A DNA stretch of 64,000 bases, taken from a bacterium (lineage in GTDB: Bacteria; Fidelibacterota; Fidelibacteria; Fidelibacterales; Fidelibacteraceae). Position numbers and translations under genes: made by a program. Under the pieces are notes generated by a model. It searched no databases, was not told the DNA's origin, and saw only the letters and a program-made list of their open reading frames with translations. Where the stretch lies: the NCBI GenBank assembly GCA_963676395.1, contig OY781066.1:1664001-1728000 (forward strand), read 5' to 3'. This document shows positions 18,984-28,450 of this stretch, piece after piece (the stretch's first letter is position 1; every line of letters starts with the position of its first letter).

Positions 18984-19943
18984 TCATGATGAAAATAATT
19001 GTTTATAATGCTTTCTGACAGTGTTTTGATATTTCTGCTTCCCGAGGTCTGATAAAAATGATTTGTCGATAAATTTTAACATCTCTTCTTCTTTTTCCCG
19101 ACTTTGTTCTATGATCGTATCTAAGATATTATCTTTAATATTCCAGCGTTTTCCCAATTCAATGAAATGCTTTATGGAGTATTCATAAGGTGTTGTTAAT
19201 AAATGATCCTTTGTTCGTTCCATTTCTTTAAAAAGGTTCATGGCTATTTGGGTGTCATCAATATGAAGTTTTGTGTTCATTAGATCATAAGAAGGGGAAA
19301 GGATCATATCGCCGTTTTGTGATTCAAGAAGTGAAATATTTTTCAAGTGGACATCACCATTTCCGGTCAAAAAATTGAAGATCAGTATTTTTATAAATTT
19401 AATTTTATCAAGTGGATTCAGGTTATGACCAACGTCTTCATACGTTGCGGAATTATACTTGTTAATTCCAGAATTGCTGATACTTAGTATAGACGTAAAA
19501 TCCTCCTGGCGCAACGGGTCGCCATTATTATCTCGGTCAAATCTGCGGGTTAGATACACCGGCTCGCCATCGGCAAAATACATGAAAGCACATTTTGCAG
19601 TATCAATATTGAATATTTGGTCAGCCATTTGCATCGTCAAGTGTTCATTGGCGGGAGAATCTAAATACAGATCCCATCTTGAATCGAGGAAAGGTTTAAC
19701 GATATACATCGATTCCAAATCAATATTCGGCATAAGTAATTTATTTTTATTTCTTCCTATAAACCCTTTTGCCTGAACGCCGGAAAGGCTAAATCCAGTC
19801 GGTCGGCCGATGTTTCGTTTTCTAATATCATTCCAATTAAAATCAAGCGTCACCGGAACTTTTGATCTGTCAAAAAGCTTGCTTTCACATGCTGAACAAA
19901 AGCCATCTACATTGTTTTTTAAACATCCATGACAATATGACAT
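18984..19943 (-). CDS. HipA-family Ser/Thr kinase toxin (HipT-like, C-terminal domain only)
   Basis: FSLSGVQAK loop, ANEHLTM, TRRFDR, GNGDVHLKN, LSPSYDL; N-terminal CxxC...CxxC. Confidence 0.9.
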   Translation of the reverse strand: MSYCHGCLKNNVDGFCSACESKLFDRSKVPVTLDFNWNDIRKRNIGRPTGFSLSGVQAKGFIGRNKNKLLMPNIDLESMYIVKPFLDSRWDLYLDSPANEHLTMQMADQIFNIDTAKCAFMYFADGEPVYLTRRFDRDNNGDPLRQEDFTSILSISNSGINKYNSATYEDVGHNLNPLDKIKFIKILIFNFLTGNGDVHLKNISLLESQNGDMILSPSYDLMNTKLHIDDTQIAMNLFKEMERTKDHLLTTPYEYSIKHFIELGKRWNIKDNILDTIIEQSREKEEEMLKFIDKSFLSDLGKQKYQNTVRKHYKQLFSS

Positions 19944-20266
19944 TAGTTTTCATCTTTCTTTATTGTAATTGCCCCTATTGTATCATGACCACACGTATTA
20001 ATCAATAAATTCCAATCATCATGAATATCAATTCCCAAGGCTTTACATTGCATTTGCCTGTTATAGCCCTCTGAAAGCATTGATTGAAAAAAAGGAAAAA
20101 GCTGTTTAGCATGATATGTTTTTTGAGATTTTGGTAAATTGATTGAAATAGGATAAAGTTCATTATTTCTTATAAAATCATCATCGTATTCAAAGTGATA
20201 ACCAGTTTCATCCCGCCATAATAAGCCGGCAAGATACTTGTCTTTATAAATGACTTTGGCTCTCAT
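19943..20266 (-). CDS. HipA N-terminal (couple_hipA, HipS-like) protein
   Basis: AGLL, YHFEYD, PISINLP, LFPFFQSMLSEG, DTIGAITI; its stop overlaps the kinase start. Confidence 0.88.
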   Translation of the reverse strand: MRAKVIYKDKYLAGLLWRDETGYHFEYDDDFIRNNELYPISINLPKSQKTYHAKQLFPFFQSMLSEGYNRQMQCKALGIDIHDDWNLLINTCGHDTIGAITIKKDEN

Positions 20267-20471
20267 TATGCTTTCTTAACTCCAATTTGATCTCCAGATC
20301 CAGGTAATAGAATATTTCGTTAAGCGTTTCAAAAGAAGGATTTGCCTTCCCATTTTCGATAAGGGATAATGTTACAACCGTCAATCCGGTATAAGCGGCA
20401 AGTTCTTTTTGTGAGATGGATAAGACCTTCCGCCTTTCTCTAATCTTCTTTCCTAATTCTCGTTTGTTCAT
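20244..20471 (-). CDS. XRE-family HTH regulator (HipB-like)
   Basis: IRERRKVLSISQKELA...LSLIENGKANPSFETL. Confidence 0.9.
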   Translation of the reverse strand: MNKRELGKKIRERRKVLSISQKELAAYTGLTVVTLSLIENGKANPSFETLNEIFYYLDLEIKLELRKHNESQSHL

Positions 20472-20479
20472 TGTGCCAG

Positions 20480-20690
20480 TTAAATTATAATTAAACTATT
20501 ATTACGAATATAATTGTTTGGGTGCTCTATGTCAATAATATTTAATTATAATTAAAATATTATATCAAACAACACTGTTTTGGTCTAAATGTTAATAATA
20601 TTAAAATATAATTAAACTATTATCGTAATAATGATGTTTGCCTGTAATATTGTGTGGAATATTAAAATATAATTAAAGTATTATAACATA
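20480..20690. promoter_or_regulatory. Four phased palindromic operators upstream of the hipB-like gene
   Basis: TTWAAWTATAATTAAA cores with TATAAT at 20486, 20547, 20607 and 20668; perfect palindrome at 20541-20556. Confidence 0.7.
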
Positions 20691-20714
20691 TTATATTCCC
20701 CATCCCAGGAATGC

Positions 20715-20904
20715 ACGCACCGGCTCTTGGCGCGCTCGGTGGCCTCGTAAGTAATGCCGCAGGCCGCCCAGAGCAGATTACTTAGATCCTGCTCGCCGAC
20801 CGCCTCAGCGGCAAAACGTCGTTTTGTCCGGCGTTGGTTGATCGCTTGCATGAGGGGGAAGGTGAGGTTGGTTTGGGGCGGGGCAGAGACATAATATTTT
20901 TTAT
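20715..20904 (-). pseudogene. Second, longer 5' fragment of the nitroreductase gene
   Basis: Collinear with 11060-11243 for about 60 codons; start mutated to ATA, 1-bp deletion in codon 9, similarity ends after AKS. Confidence 0.92.
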
Positions 20905-20986
20905 GAATGAGTTCCTTATTTTGTTACAAGAAAGAGAAGGGGTTTAAAATTGATGGTTGGAGAGTTAGGAGTCAGAGAAGTGATAT

Positions 20987-23900
20987 TTATTCCTCTCTTA
21001 TAAACTTCAATTCTGGTAAAACTATTCTAAACTCTTTATCCAATTTATCTTTATGCCAAAATATAATATAATTAACAAGAGCTTCTGAAAGCTTATAACC
21101 TTTGTTTTTGTAATCCTCGATTTTCTTTTTAAAGCTTCTTGAAAATTTTAGCACGCAATTTCCATCTTTATCTGAACAGCCATCATCATTAACTATAAGT
21201 TCATCACCACCTTTAAGCGTGGAAATATATTTCTGTCTTTTAATAAAATAATCTAACCAAATGTCTTTATGTGATAAATGTAATAGCAGAAGATTTGATG
21301 TTTCGTATGGGGTATCATCATACTTGCGTTCAATATTATTACAAGAATAATTGTCTAAATAATTCCCATTTAAATGAATGGTTAGATTTTCTTTTGCTCT
21401 AGTCATTGCGACATATAATTCTCTTTTGATAGCGTCAGTACGTGGAGAAATATTTCTTAGCATCAAAAACACATTATCAAATTCTTTACCCTTTGCTTTA
21501 TGGTTTGTTGAAACTAATATTGTTTCTCTAATGGTACTAATAAAATCCTCAAGCTTTGATTCTTTTACAAAGACCTCAAAATCGGATTTGAATTTCTTTT
21601 CCGGATTACTAAGTTCAAATGCTTTAATCAGATGAATACATATTTCAATTTTTGAGCTTTCTTTATAGTTATTCCATAGTTTTCTCTTAGCTGATTTCCA
21701 GTCCTCTGGGGATATCGTGTATTTGTCTTCCGAGAAATTAAGTTGATTAATAAAATATCTTACTTCAAGTATGTTGTGTAAACTAAACCAATCGTTGCTT
21801 TGGATTAATTTTGCTTTTATTCCTTTATTAAGTAATAGTCCCGTTATTTGTAAGGCTTCGGAATTCTCATGAGTTAATATGCACGTGCTCCCATTTAGGT
21901 CAGAGTTAAGTATGTCCATAATTACCGGTTTCGATAGATTTGGACTGGAATATTTTATTATCTTAAGTTTCCCGTTTTCACTTGAGTGAGGAATGATCGG
22001 ATTTGTTTTAAGTCGTTTTTGGATTCCCGTAGCAAACTGATTGGTAAATTCAACAAGGTTGGCCCTACTGCGATAATTTTCTATTAGCTCAATCTTTTTA
22101 GCATTTTGTTCAACAATGAATCTTTCAAGATATTCAGAACTAGCTCCCCTAAATTCATAAATATTTTGATCATCATCGCCAACAGCAATAACTCTCATTC
22201 CTTCATTTTTATCCATTAATATTTTAATTAACTCAAATTCATGCTTGTCCATGTCTTGGGCTTCATCAATTACCAAAACGGTTTTTGTAATTCGGTTTGA
22301 TTCAATATCTCCAGATCTGATTTTCTCAATCGTGTTTTTTATTATTGTTTCTGATTTCTCGATTGAACCGACCTTTCCTAGTAGATCAAAACAATATGAA
22401 TGAAAGGTTTTTATTTCAATATATGCTGCAGCATTTCCTATTAAAGTAAATAATCGTTTCTTGAACTCTGAGGCTGCTGCTCGTGAAAAAGTTACCATCA
22501 ATAATTGTTCGTGTTTAACATCTTCCATTAATAATAATGAAGCAAGCTTATGTACCAAAACTCTGGTTTTACCACTTCCGGGACCGGCTGTTACAGCAAT
22601 ATATGGAGAACTATTATCATTGATAATGCTGAGTTGTCTAGGGGATAACTCACCGAATAGTTGGCTGAATTTTTCAGGGGTGATATTTTGCTTTATTTCA
22701 TTTTGTCTGCTGCCCTTAAAATATTTATTTAGAAATGAAGAATAATTAAGTTGAAAATAATCTTCGACAAATTGTAGTGCCGATTTGTAATCCTGAATCA
22801 TTTTTTTTGCATATTCACCTACAATATGAATTTGCTGAACTCTCTGCTCATAGAATTGATTTAGTTTTTTATAATCTTCTGCCTTATATCTAACTTTATT
22901 GTCTTTTTCAAGTCGTTCAATTGTGAGTTTATTATATATGACTAAAAATCCACCTTCAATTTTTATAGCATCAATTCTTGAAAGATAGAAGAGGGCATCT
23001 TCAACATCCGAAATCGAAATTTGGAGTTTAAAAAGAGAGTTACTATTCTCATATTGTTGCTTTAATTCATGAACGGAAAACTCAACGTATAGGTATTCTT
23101 TGTTAGCATCCGATCTAGAAAGGTTTTGACTGCTTTTCCCATATAGATAATCGGTTATAAAGCGAGCTAAATCATGTCTTCTTTTTAATCTATTTCTTAA
23201 TTCATGTACCGGATAATTTGATACAACAGAAAGGTGGTTATTAGAAGTGTTACTTTGCTTTCTCTTAAGCCAGTTCTTAATCACCCAAAAGTTTATGATC
23301 GTTTTTAGCTTGTTAGGTGAAATATCTGTGCAGCCATTTTCTTCTGCCAATTCATTTAGCTCTTTAATGTGGAAAGATTTTTCCTCTTCATCAAATTGAG
23401 TTAATAAGAATTTCTCTATTTTGCTAATTGAATTAACAATTCTAAGTGATCGGTTTTTATTTTCTCCTTGCTTAATAAAAGCTGTCAAATCTTTTGTATC
23501 TGCTAATATTTTTTCTTCTCGTAATAAATTTATTGCATTGATCACATCTTCTTTTACAATGCCTAAATGGTCTGATATGTAGTCTACTCTCGATTCTGCC
23601 ACTTCGTCAGTAGCTTGTTTTCTGCTTTTACTGGAAAATAGTTTTTTTATAATTCTGACAGCATCTTGTCTTTGTTTGGTGTTGAACTTTTCCGACACAT
23701 TAATTTTGTCAATAGCCTCTTGAGCATTTTTTGTTAGAATACTATTAGCAAATATTCTAGGTGTATTTTGTCCGCGTTTTAGGTAACCTGACTCTTCTAA
23801 GGCTGAAATTGCAGTTGTCACTCTTGTCTCGATCTCAACGACATTATCATCCCATCCGGCTTTCCTTGCAATTTCCAGGGCTGAATTTGAAACACTTGAC

Positions 23901-25789
23901 CTGAATTTAGTTATTTCCTTAATAGCAACCCATATCTGCTGGATCTCCTTAATATTTAACTTAGTCTGGTTAAGTAATATGAAGTGCTTGCTAAGATCTT
24001 CCTCATTAAAAAGTACATAACAATCAGCTGATATTTTTTCATCCCTTCCAGCTCTGCCAGCTTCTTGGACATAGTTTTCAAGAGAATCAGATAATTCGTA
24101 ATGAATCACCATACCGACATCTTTTTTATCTACTCCCATACCAAATGCTGAAGTAGCAACCATGATATCAACATCGCCTCTAATAAATGCATCCTGATTT
24201 TCTGATTTCTCCTGCTTATCCATTTTACCATGATAGGGTTTTGCAGAATATCCATCCTTAGAAAGTTTTTCAGCAATTTGATAAGCTCTTTTAGTACGAG
24301 AAACATAAATAATGGTTGGACAGTTTTTCCCGTCAATGAGATTGCGTAGACTCTCATACTTATCTACTTCCGTAGCCTTAGGGATTACCTTGTAATGTAG
24401 ATTAGTACGGGAGGCATTTGAGCTAAAGATTTCTAGTTCTAAGTCTAATTTATCTTTAAAATAATCCTTAATATCTTGAATAACATTTTGCTTGGCAGTT
24501 GCTGTAAAACAAGAAACCGGAATCGGGTTTTTAAGTTTTTTCTTTTCTTGTAATGATTTTATGAAATCACCTATGTATAGATAATCAACTCTAAAATCTT
24601 GACCCCAAGCAGAAAAACAATGTGCCTCATCAATAATGAAACGTACAACATTTCTACCAAGTAATAAGCGCTCGATTGATCTTGATCTTAAAGATTCTGG
24701 TGAAATATAGAGAAGAGATGTTGTGCCATTTTCGACTCTTTCAAAAGATTTTCCTCTTTCGATGGGATCCAGCAAACCGTTTATTGTAACTGCTTCGGTG
24801 ATATTTGCTTTTTCTAAATTATCTACCTGATCTTTCATCAAAGATTGCAATGGAGATATGACAACAGTTAAGCCTTTAACATATTCACCACTCATTAACG
24901 CAGGGACTTGAAAGGCTAAAGATTTTCCACCGCCGGTTGGAAATACCGCAATTAAAGATTTATTTTTTATCGCTGCCTCAACGGCTTCTTTTTGTAGTTC
25001 TTTGCCGCCAAAACTTCTGTATGAAGAATATCCGAAGTAATTTTTTAATGCCATATCTGCATTAAGAAAACTGTTGCAATATCGGCATCCCCTCATGCAG
25101 GGATTATTTCTTAATAAATACATTATCCGTTCAATATCAGGATAATTCTTGATCACCCAGGGAGGTGTAATAGAGTATCGGCTATCAGTATTTATTAAGG
25201 CTAGAGAATAAGCTAATTCAACAGGATATTCTTTTATTGTTTTTCTTAATTGGAAATTTTGACAAATTTTATCAAAGAATTTATTCGTTATTAGATTTTC
25301 AATATTTCGGTTACCAGGAAAATATTCTACAACATCAAAGAAAGCTGAAAATTCCATTTTATCCTTGAGTAATGTATAATATATTTGTTTTAAGTCGTTG
25401 TCAAGTTTGTGAAATGCTTCGACCTCATCGCGGAAGAGAGCTCTTGCTTTTATAGCATCATTCAGAGGATTGTTTAGTTCTTCTGTTTGTAGTTTGTCGT
25501 CTTTTAAAAGTGCATGATATGGCTTTTTAGGAAATAGTAGTGGAGATAAAAATAAAGTATCAATGGCTTTTATTTTGGATACATTTATATCTGTTGCTTT
25601 TGCAATAAATTTCAAGTCATGATTAATGATGTTGTGCCCACAAATAAATTCATTTTGGTTAATAAATGCAAGAAGTACTGACATGGATTTAGAGTGGAAT
25701 TTCATTCCATCATTAGATACTCCACCTATATCAAGTATTTGTTGGCTTTTGGCTTCTACTTCGGTATCTATGAAGGCAATTTTTTTCAT
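20987..25789 (-). CDS. Multidomain helicase: DEDD-like exonuclease + RecQ (SF2) + UvrD/Rep (SF1) fusion
   Basis: FIDTE/GHNIINHD/DTL; PTGGGKS, DEAH, TATA, ATSAFGMG, QEAGRAGRD; AGPGSGKT, DEAQD, VGDDDQNIYEFRGA, ENYRS, HKAKGKEF, YVAMTRA. Confidence 0.92.
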   Translation of the reverse strand: MKKIAFIDTEVEAKSQQILDIGGVSNDGMKFHSKSMSVLLAFINQNEFICGHNIINHDLKFIAKATDINVSKIKAIDTLFLSPLLFPKKPYHALLKDDKLQTEELNNPLNDAIKARALFRDEVEAFHKLDNDLKQIYYTLLKDKMEFSAFFDVVEYFPGNRNIENLITNKFFDKICQNFQLRKTIKEYPVELAYSLALINTDSRYSITPPWVIKNYPDIERIMYLLRNNPCMRGCRYCNSFLNADMALKNYFGYSSYRSFGGKELQKEAVEAAIKNKSLIAVFPTGGGKSLAFQVPALMSGEYVKGLTVVISPLQSLMKDQVDNLEKANITEAVTINGLLDPIERGKSFERVENGTTSLLYISPESLRSRSIERLLLGRNVVRFIIDEAHCFSAWGQDFRVDYLYIGDFIKSLQEKKKLKNPIPVSCFTATAKQNVIQDIKDYFKDKLDLELEIFSSNASRTNLHYKVIPKATEVDKYESLRNLIDGKNCPTIIYVSRTKRAYQIAEKLSKDGYSAKPYHGKMDKQEKSENQDAFIRGDVDIMVATSAFGMGVDKKDVGMVIHYELSDSLENYVQEAGRAGRDEKISADCYVLFNEEDLSKHFILLNQTKLNIKEIQQIWVAIKEITKFRSSVSNSALEIARKAGWDDNVVEIETRVTTAISALEESGYLKRGQNTPRIFANSILTKNAQEAIDKINVSEKFNTKQRQDAVRIIKKLFSSKSRKQATDEVAESRVDYISDHLGIVKEDVINAINLLREEKILADTKDLTAFIKQGENKNRSLRIVNSISKIEKFLLTQFDEEEKSFHIKELNELAEENGCTDISPNKLKTIINFWVIKNWLKRKQSNTSNNHLSVVSNYPVHELRNRLKRRHDLARFITDYLYGKSSQNLSRSDANKEYLYVEFSVHELKQQYENSNSLFKLQISISDVEDALFYLSRIDAIKIEGGFLVIYNKLTIERLEKDNKVRYKAEDYKKLNQFYEQRVQQIHIVGEYAKKMIQDYKSALQFVEDYFQLNYSSFLNKYFKGSRQNEIKQNITPEKFSQLFGELSPRQLSIINDNSSPYIAVTAGPGSGKTRVLVHKLASLLLMEDVKHEQLLMVTFSRAAASEFKKRLFTLIGNAAAYIEIKTFHSYCFDLLGKVGSIEKSETIIKNTIEKIRSGDIESNRITKTVLVIDEAQDMDKHEFELIKILMDKNEGMRVIAVGDDDQNIYEFRGASSEYLERFIVEQNAKKIELIENYRSRANLVEFTNQFATGIQKRLKTNPIIPHSSENGKLKIIKYSSPNLSKPVIMDILNSDLNGSTCILTHENSEALQITGLLLNKGIKAKLIQSNDWFSLHNILEVRYFINQLNFSEDKYTISPEDWKSAKRKLWNNYKESSKIEICIHLIKAFELSNPEKKFKSDFEVFVKESKLEDFISTIRETILVSTNHKAKGKEFDNVFLMLRNISPRTDAIKRELYVAMTRAKENLTIHLNGNYLDNYSCNNIERKYDDTPYETSNLLLLHLSHKDIWLDYFIKRQKYISTLKGGDELIVNDDGCSDKDGNCVLKFSRSFKKKIEDYKNKGYKLSEALVNYIIFWHKDKLDKEFRIVLPELKFIREE

Positions 25790-26082
25790 TAATTATTCGA
25801 TTCTTTTTATAAATATTCGATTTGCCTAGTGTGTGACTAAATATGTGTTTGTACTTTAGATTACCACTTCCCTTATAATTGTTATATAAATTACTGTAAA
25901 TATGTATTAACCGCAATTGATTATTTGCGCTTGAAAGAAGAGTATAGATTTAACTTAAATGGCTATCATTATATTAGTGAGTAGTGTTTAATGAGTTAGA
26001 ATTATTTTTAATATTTTTCATTAGAGTATGAAAGTTCATCGGTATTCGGTAATTGCCAAGAAATACTTGCCTGGCATTCGTG

Positions 26083-26583
26083 TTAAGATTTAATATGACG
26101 CTTTAATTTTTTAATGGCCCACTCATAATGCGAGCTGGTACTGGAAATACAGTAGGCGCCCAAGGAGGTGGATCCGGTCCATGAAAAGTGTTTTTTTACG
26201 AATAATTCTTCATCACTGAAAGAATCGATAAGCGCTATCACATCGGCATGACTTTGTGTGAGCTTTTTGATAGATTCATCCAAAGGTGTATGCTGATGTT
26301 TTTTCCATATTTCCACATTCATATCGGGATAGGTTTTCCAATTGTAAGGCTCAGGCAAGAAAGGTGAAACTGTCCCGCTTGTATTGTTTTTTACCCACTT
26401 GATCTGCAACAGGTGCCATTCGTAAAGATGAATAAGCACATCGCGCAGATTGCGATCTCTATCTTCAAAAGCAAAGCTTGCATTTTGCAATTCGGGACCC
26501 ATTGCATCGATGAGAGCAAAGAGCTTGTTAAAATTGTTTTCGGCGGCTGTGAGTAGTTCGGATTTGGATTTTGGGCGGGGCAT
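26083..26583 (-). CDS. ClbS/DfsB (DUF1706, DinB-like) four-helix protein
   Basis: MPRPKSKSELL, RDRNLRDVLIHLYEWH, PYNWKTY, SSTSSHYEWA. Confidence 0.82.
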   Translation of the reverse strand: MPRPKSKSELLTAAENNFNKLFALIDAMGPELQNASFAFEDRDRNLRDVLIHLYEWHLLQIKWVKNNTSGTVSPFLPEPYNWKTYPDMNVEIWKKHQHTPLDESIKKLTQSHADVIALIDSFSDEELFVKKHFSWTGSTSLGAYCISSTSSHYEWAIKKLKRHIKS

Positions 26584-27076
26584 TGGATTACCTCAGTGTT
26601 TATTGTGATTTGTATGGCAATTTTACAATAAATTCAGTGAAAAAACCAAAGATTAAGTTTTTTAAGAGGGTTAACAGTTAACACGAATAAGGGACTTTAC
26701 TACTTCATTTTTTCTTTCTGTTTAAAAAGATATCTGGGTGTTCGAAATTAAAGCTTAATTAAGAATTAACCCACCTCCGGGGAAGGCTATGGCGGGCGGG
26801 GAACAATCGAACATTTGATTTAGCGTTGACGATTGCGCATTTCAATATTTCATTTTCATGAGTAGGTCTCTCCGCTACTTCGCCTTTCGGCGGATCCGGC
26901 CGAGATGACAGTCTGCTTCTCATTTCCTTTGATTTTTGTTGATTTTCTTCCTATGTTGATTTGAATATCAAATGTAAAATTGAATATTGAACAAGGATTA
27001 ACGATATTCGCTATTGGAAGTTGTCTTTCGACTTCATATATGGGTGTTCCTTGTTCGTATATAAAAAGAGAAGTCA

Positions 27077-28381
27077 ATGAATAAAATATCATCACGCAGA
27101 TTTGCCCACAAAATACTTTTAAAATGGTTTACCTCCGATCTCTATCTGGAGCATCTCATCGATTTTTCCGATGTGGATATGACCGCCCAAGATCGTCGCT
27201 TTGCCGAAGCGCTTATCCATCAGGTGATCATGCATCAGCGTATGCTCAGCTTTGTGTTGGGGAAATTCGTGGATAAAAAGCCTAAGAAGCCGGTGTGGGT
27301 TTTGCTGATGATGGGTACCTGTGAAATTCTATATATGGGCGTAAAAGATCATGCGGCGATCAACGAAACGGTCAAACTTGCCGCTAAAATAGATCAACGA
27401 AGCAAGGGCTTTGTGAATGCTGTGCTGAGAAAAGTAACGGACTACCGAAATGCCGACTGGGAAGGGGATCGCGTGGATCCACGAATTCAGGCGGGCATAC
27501 GCTTTAATTTACCCGATTGGCTGATCAAGCGCTGGAGTGTTCAATTTGGTTCAGAGACCATGGATCTGCTGGGTTCGCTCAATGAACGACCACGTAAAAT
27601 GGCGCGTATTGTAAAGACCAAAGAGAGGGTAAAAATTCTGGCTAGACTGGAAGAACTCGGCGTGCTGGAAGAAACGAGCACGTATCACAAAGATTTTGTT
27701 TTTATCCATTCTTGGCAACCACTTTTACATGATCCATTGTTCACCGAAGGCAAGATCATTGCCCAGGATGTCTCGGCGATTTTTCCAACACTCATGATCA
27801 CGCAAGATAATCCCGAATCCATCGCAGATGTCTGCTGCGCACCGGGTGGCAAGCTATCCGCCTTGGCTCAGTATACTTCGTATAAAACAATCCTACGTGG
27901 TTATGATCATAATCCACAGCGCCTGGAAGATACACAGGCGACCCTTGATCGTTTGGGTATGAAAAATGTTACGCTTAAGGCACGTGATGTGGCAACGGAA
28001 GAAATTCCGCTATTTTCACATATTCTTGTCGATGCGCCTTGCTCAGGATTTGGTGTGATCCGTAAACGCACCGACCTGCGCTGGCGACGAAAAGAAGAAG
28101 AAATGCCCGGTTTATTTAAAATTCAGCAAGACATTCTTAACAATATGAGTCAGTATGTCAAACCAGGTGGCTTATTGGTGTATTCAACTTGTACCTTCGA
28201 TAACGAAGAAAACCGCGGAACGATCAAAGAATTTTTAAGCAAACATACCGATTTTTCTATAGAACCGGCCAGTCCTAAGATTTCCCCCGAATCCCTTATC
28301 GGATGGAAGGGAGCGATCGAAAGTTTCCCGCATCAGCATTATTGTGAAGGATCGTTTGCAATTGCTTTGAGAAAACGTTAA
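27077..28381 (+). CDS. rsmB: 16S rRNA m5C967 methyltransferase RsmB/Sun
   Basis: NusB-like N-terminus (AAINETV, FVNAVLR), QD, DVCCAPGGK, DAPCSG, YSTCT. Confidence 0.9.
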   Translation: MNKISSRRFAHKILLKWFTSDLYLEHLIDFSDVDMTAQDRRFAEALIHQVIMHQRMLSFVLGKFVDKKPKKPVWVLLMMGTCEILYMGVKDHAAINETVKLAAKIDQRSKGFVNAVLRKVTDYRNADWEGDRVDPRIQAGIRFNLPDWLIKRWSVQFGSETMDLLGSLNERPRKMARIVKTKERVKILARLEELGVLEETSTYHKDFVFIHSWQPLLHDPLFTEGKIIAQDVSAIFPTLMITQDNPESIADVCCAPGGKLSALAQYTSYKTILRGYDHNPQRLEDTQATLDRLGMKNVTLKARDVATEEIPLFSHILVDAPCSGFGVIRKRTDLRWRRKEEEMPGLFKIQQDILNNMSQYVKPGGLLVYSTCTFDNEENRGTIKEFLSKHTDFSIEPASPKISPESLIGWKGAIESFPHQHYCEGSFAIALRKR

Positions 28382-28450
28382 ATTTCTTGCCACTTTGCGG
28401 ATTTCTTGGAAGATGTTAAATCCGCCTAATTAAGAATCCGAGGCAAAAGA

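Noticed and set aside
28382..28450. SAM or cobalamin riboswitch before metH
   Set aside because: The spacer is only 69 nt, with a simple hairpin and no aptamer consensus.
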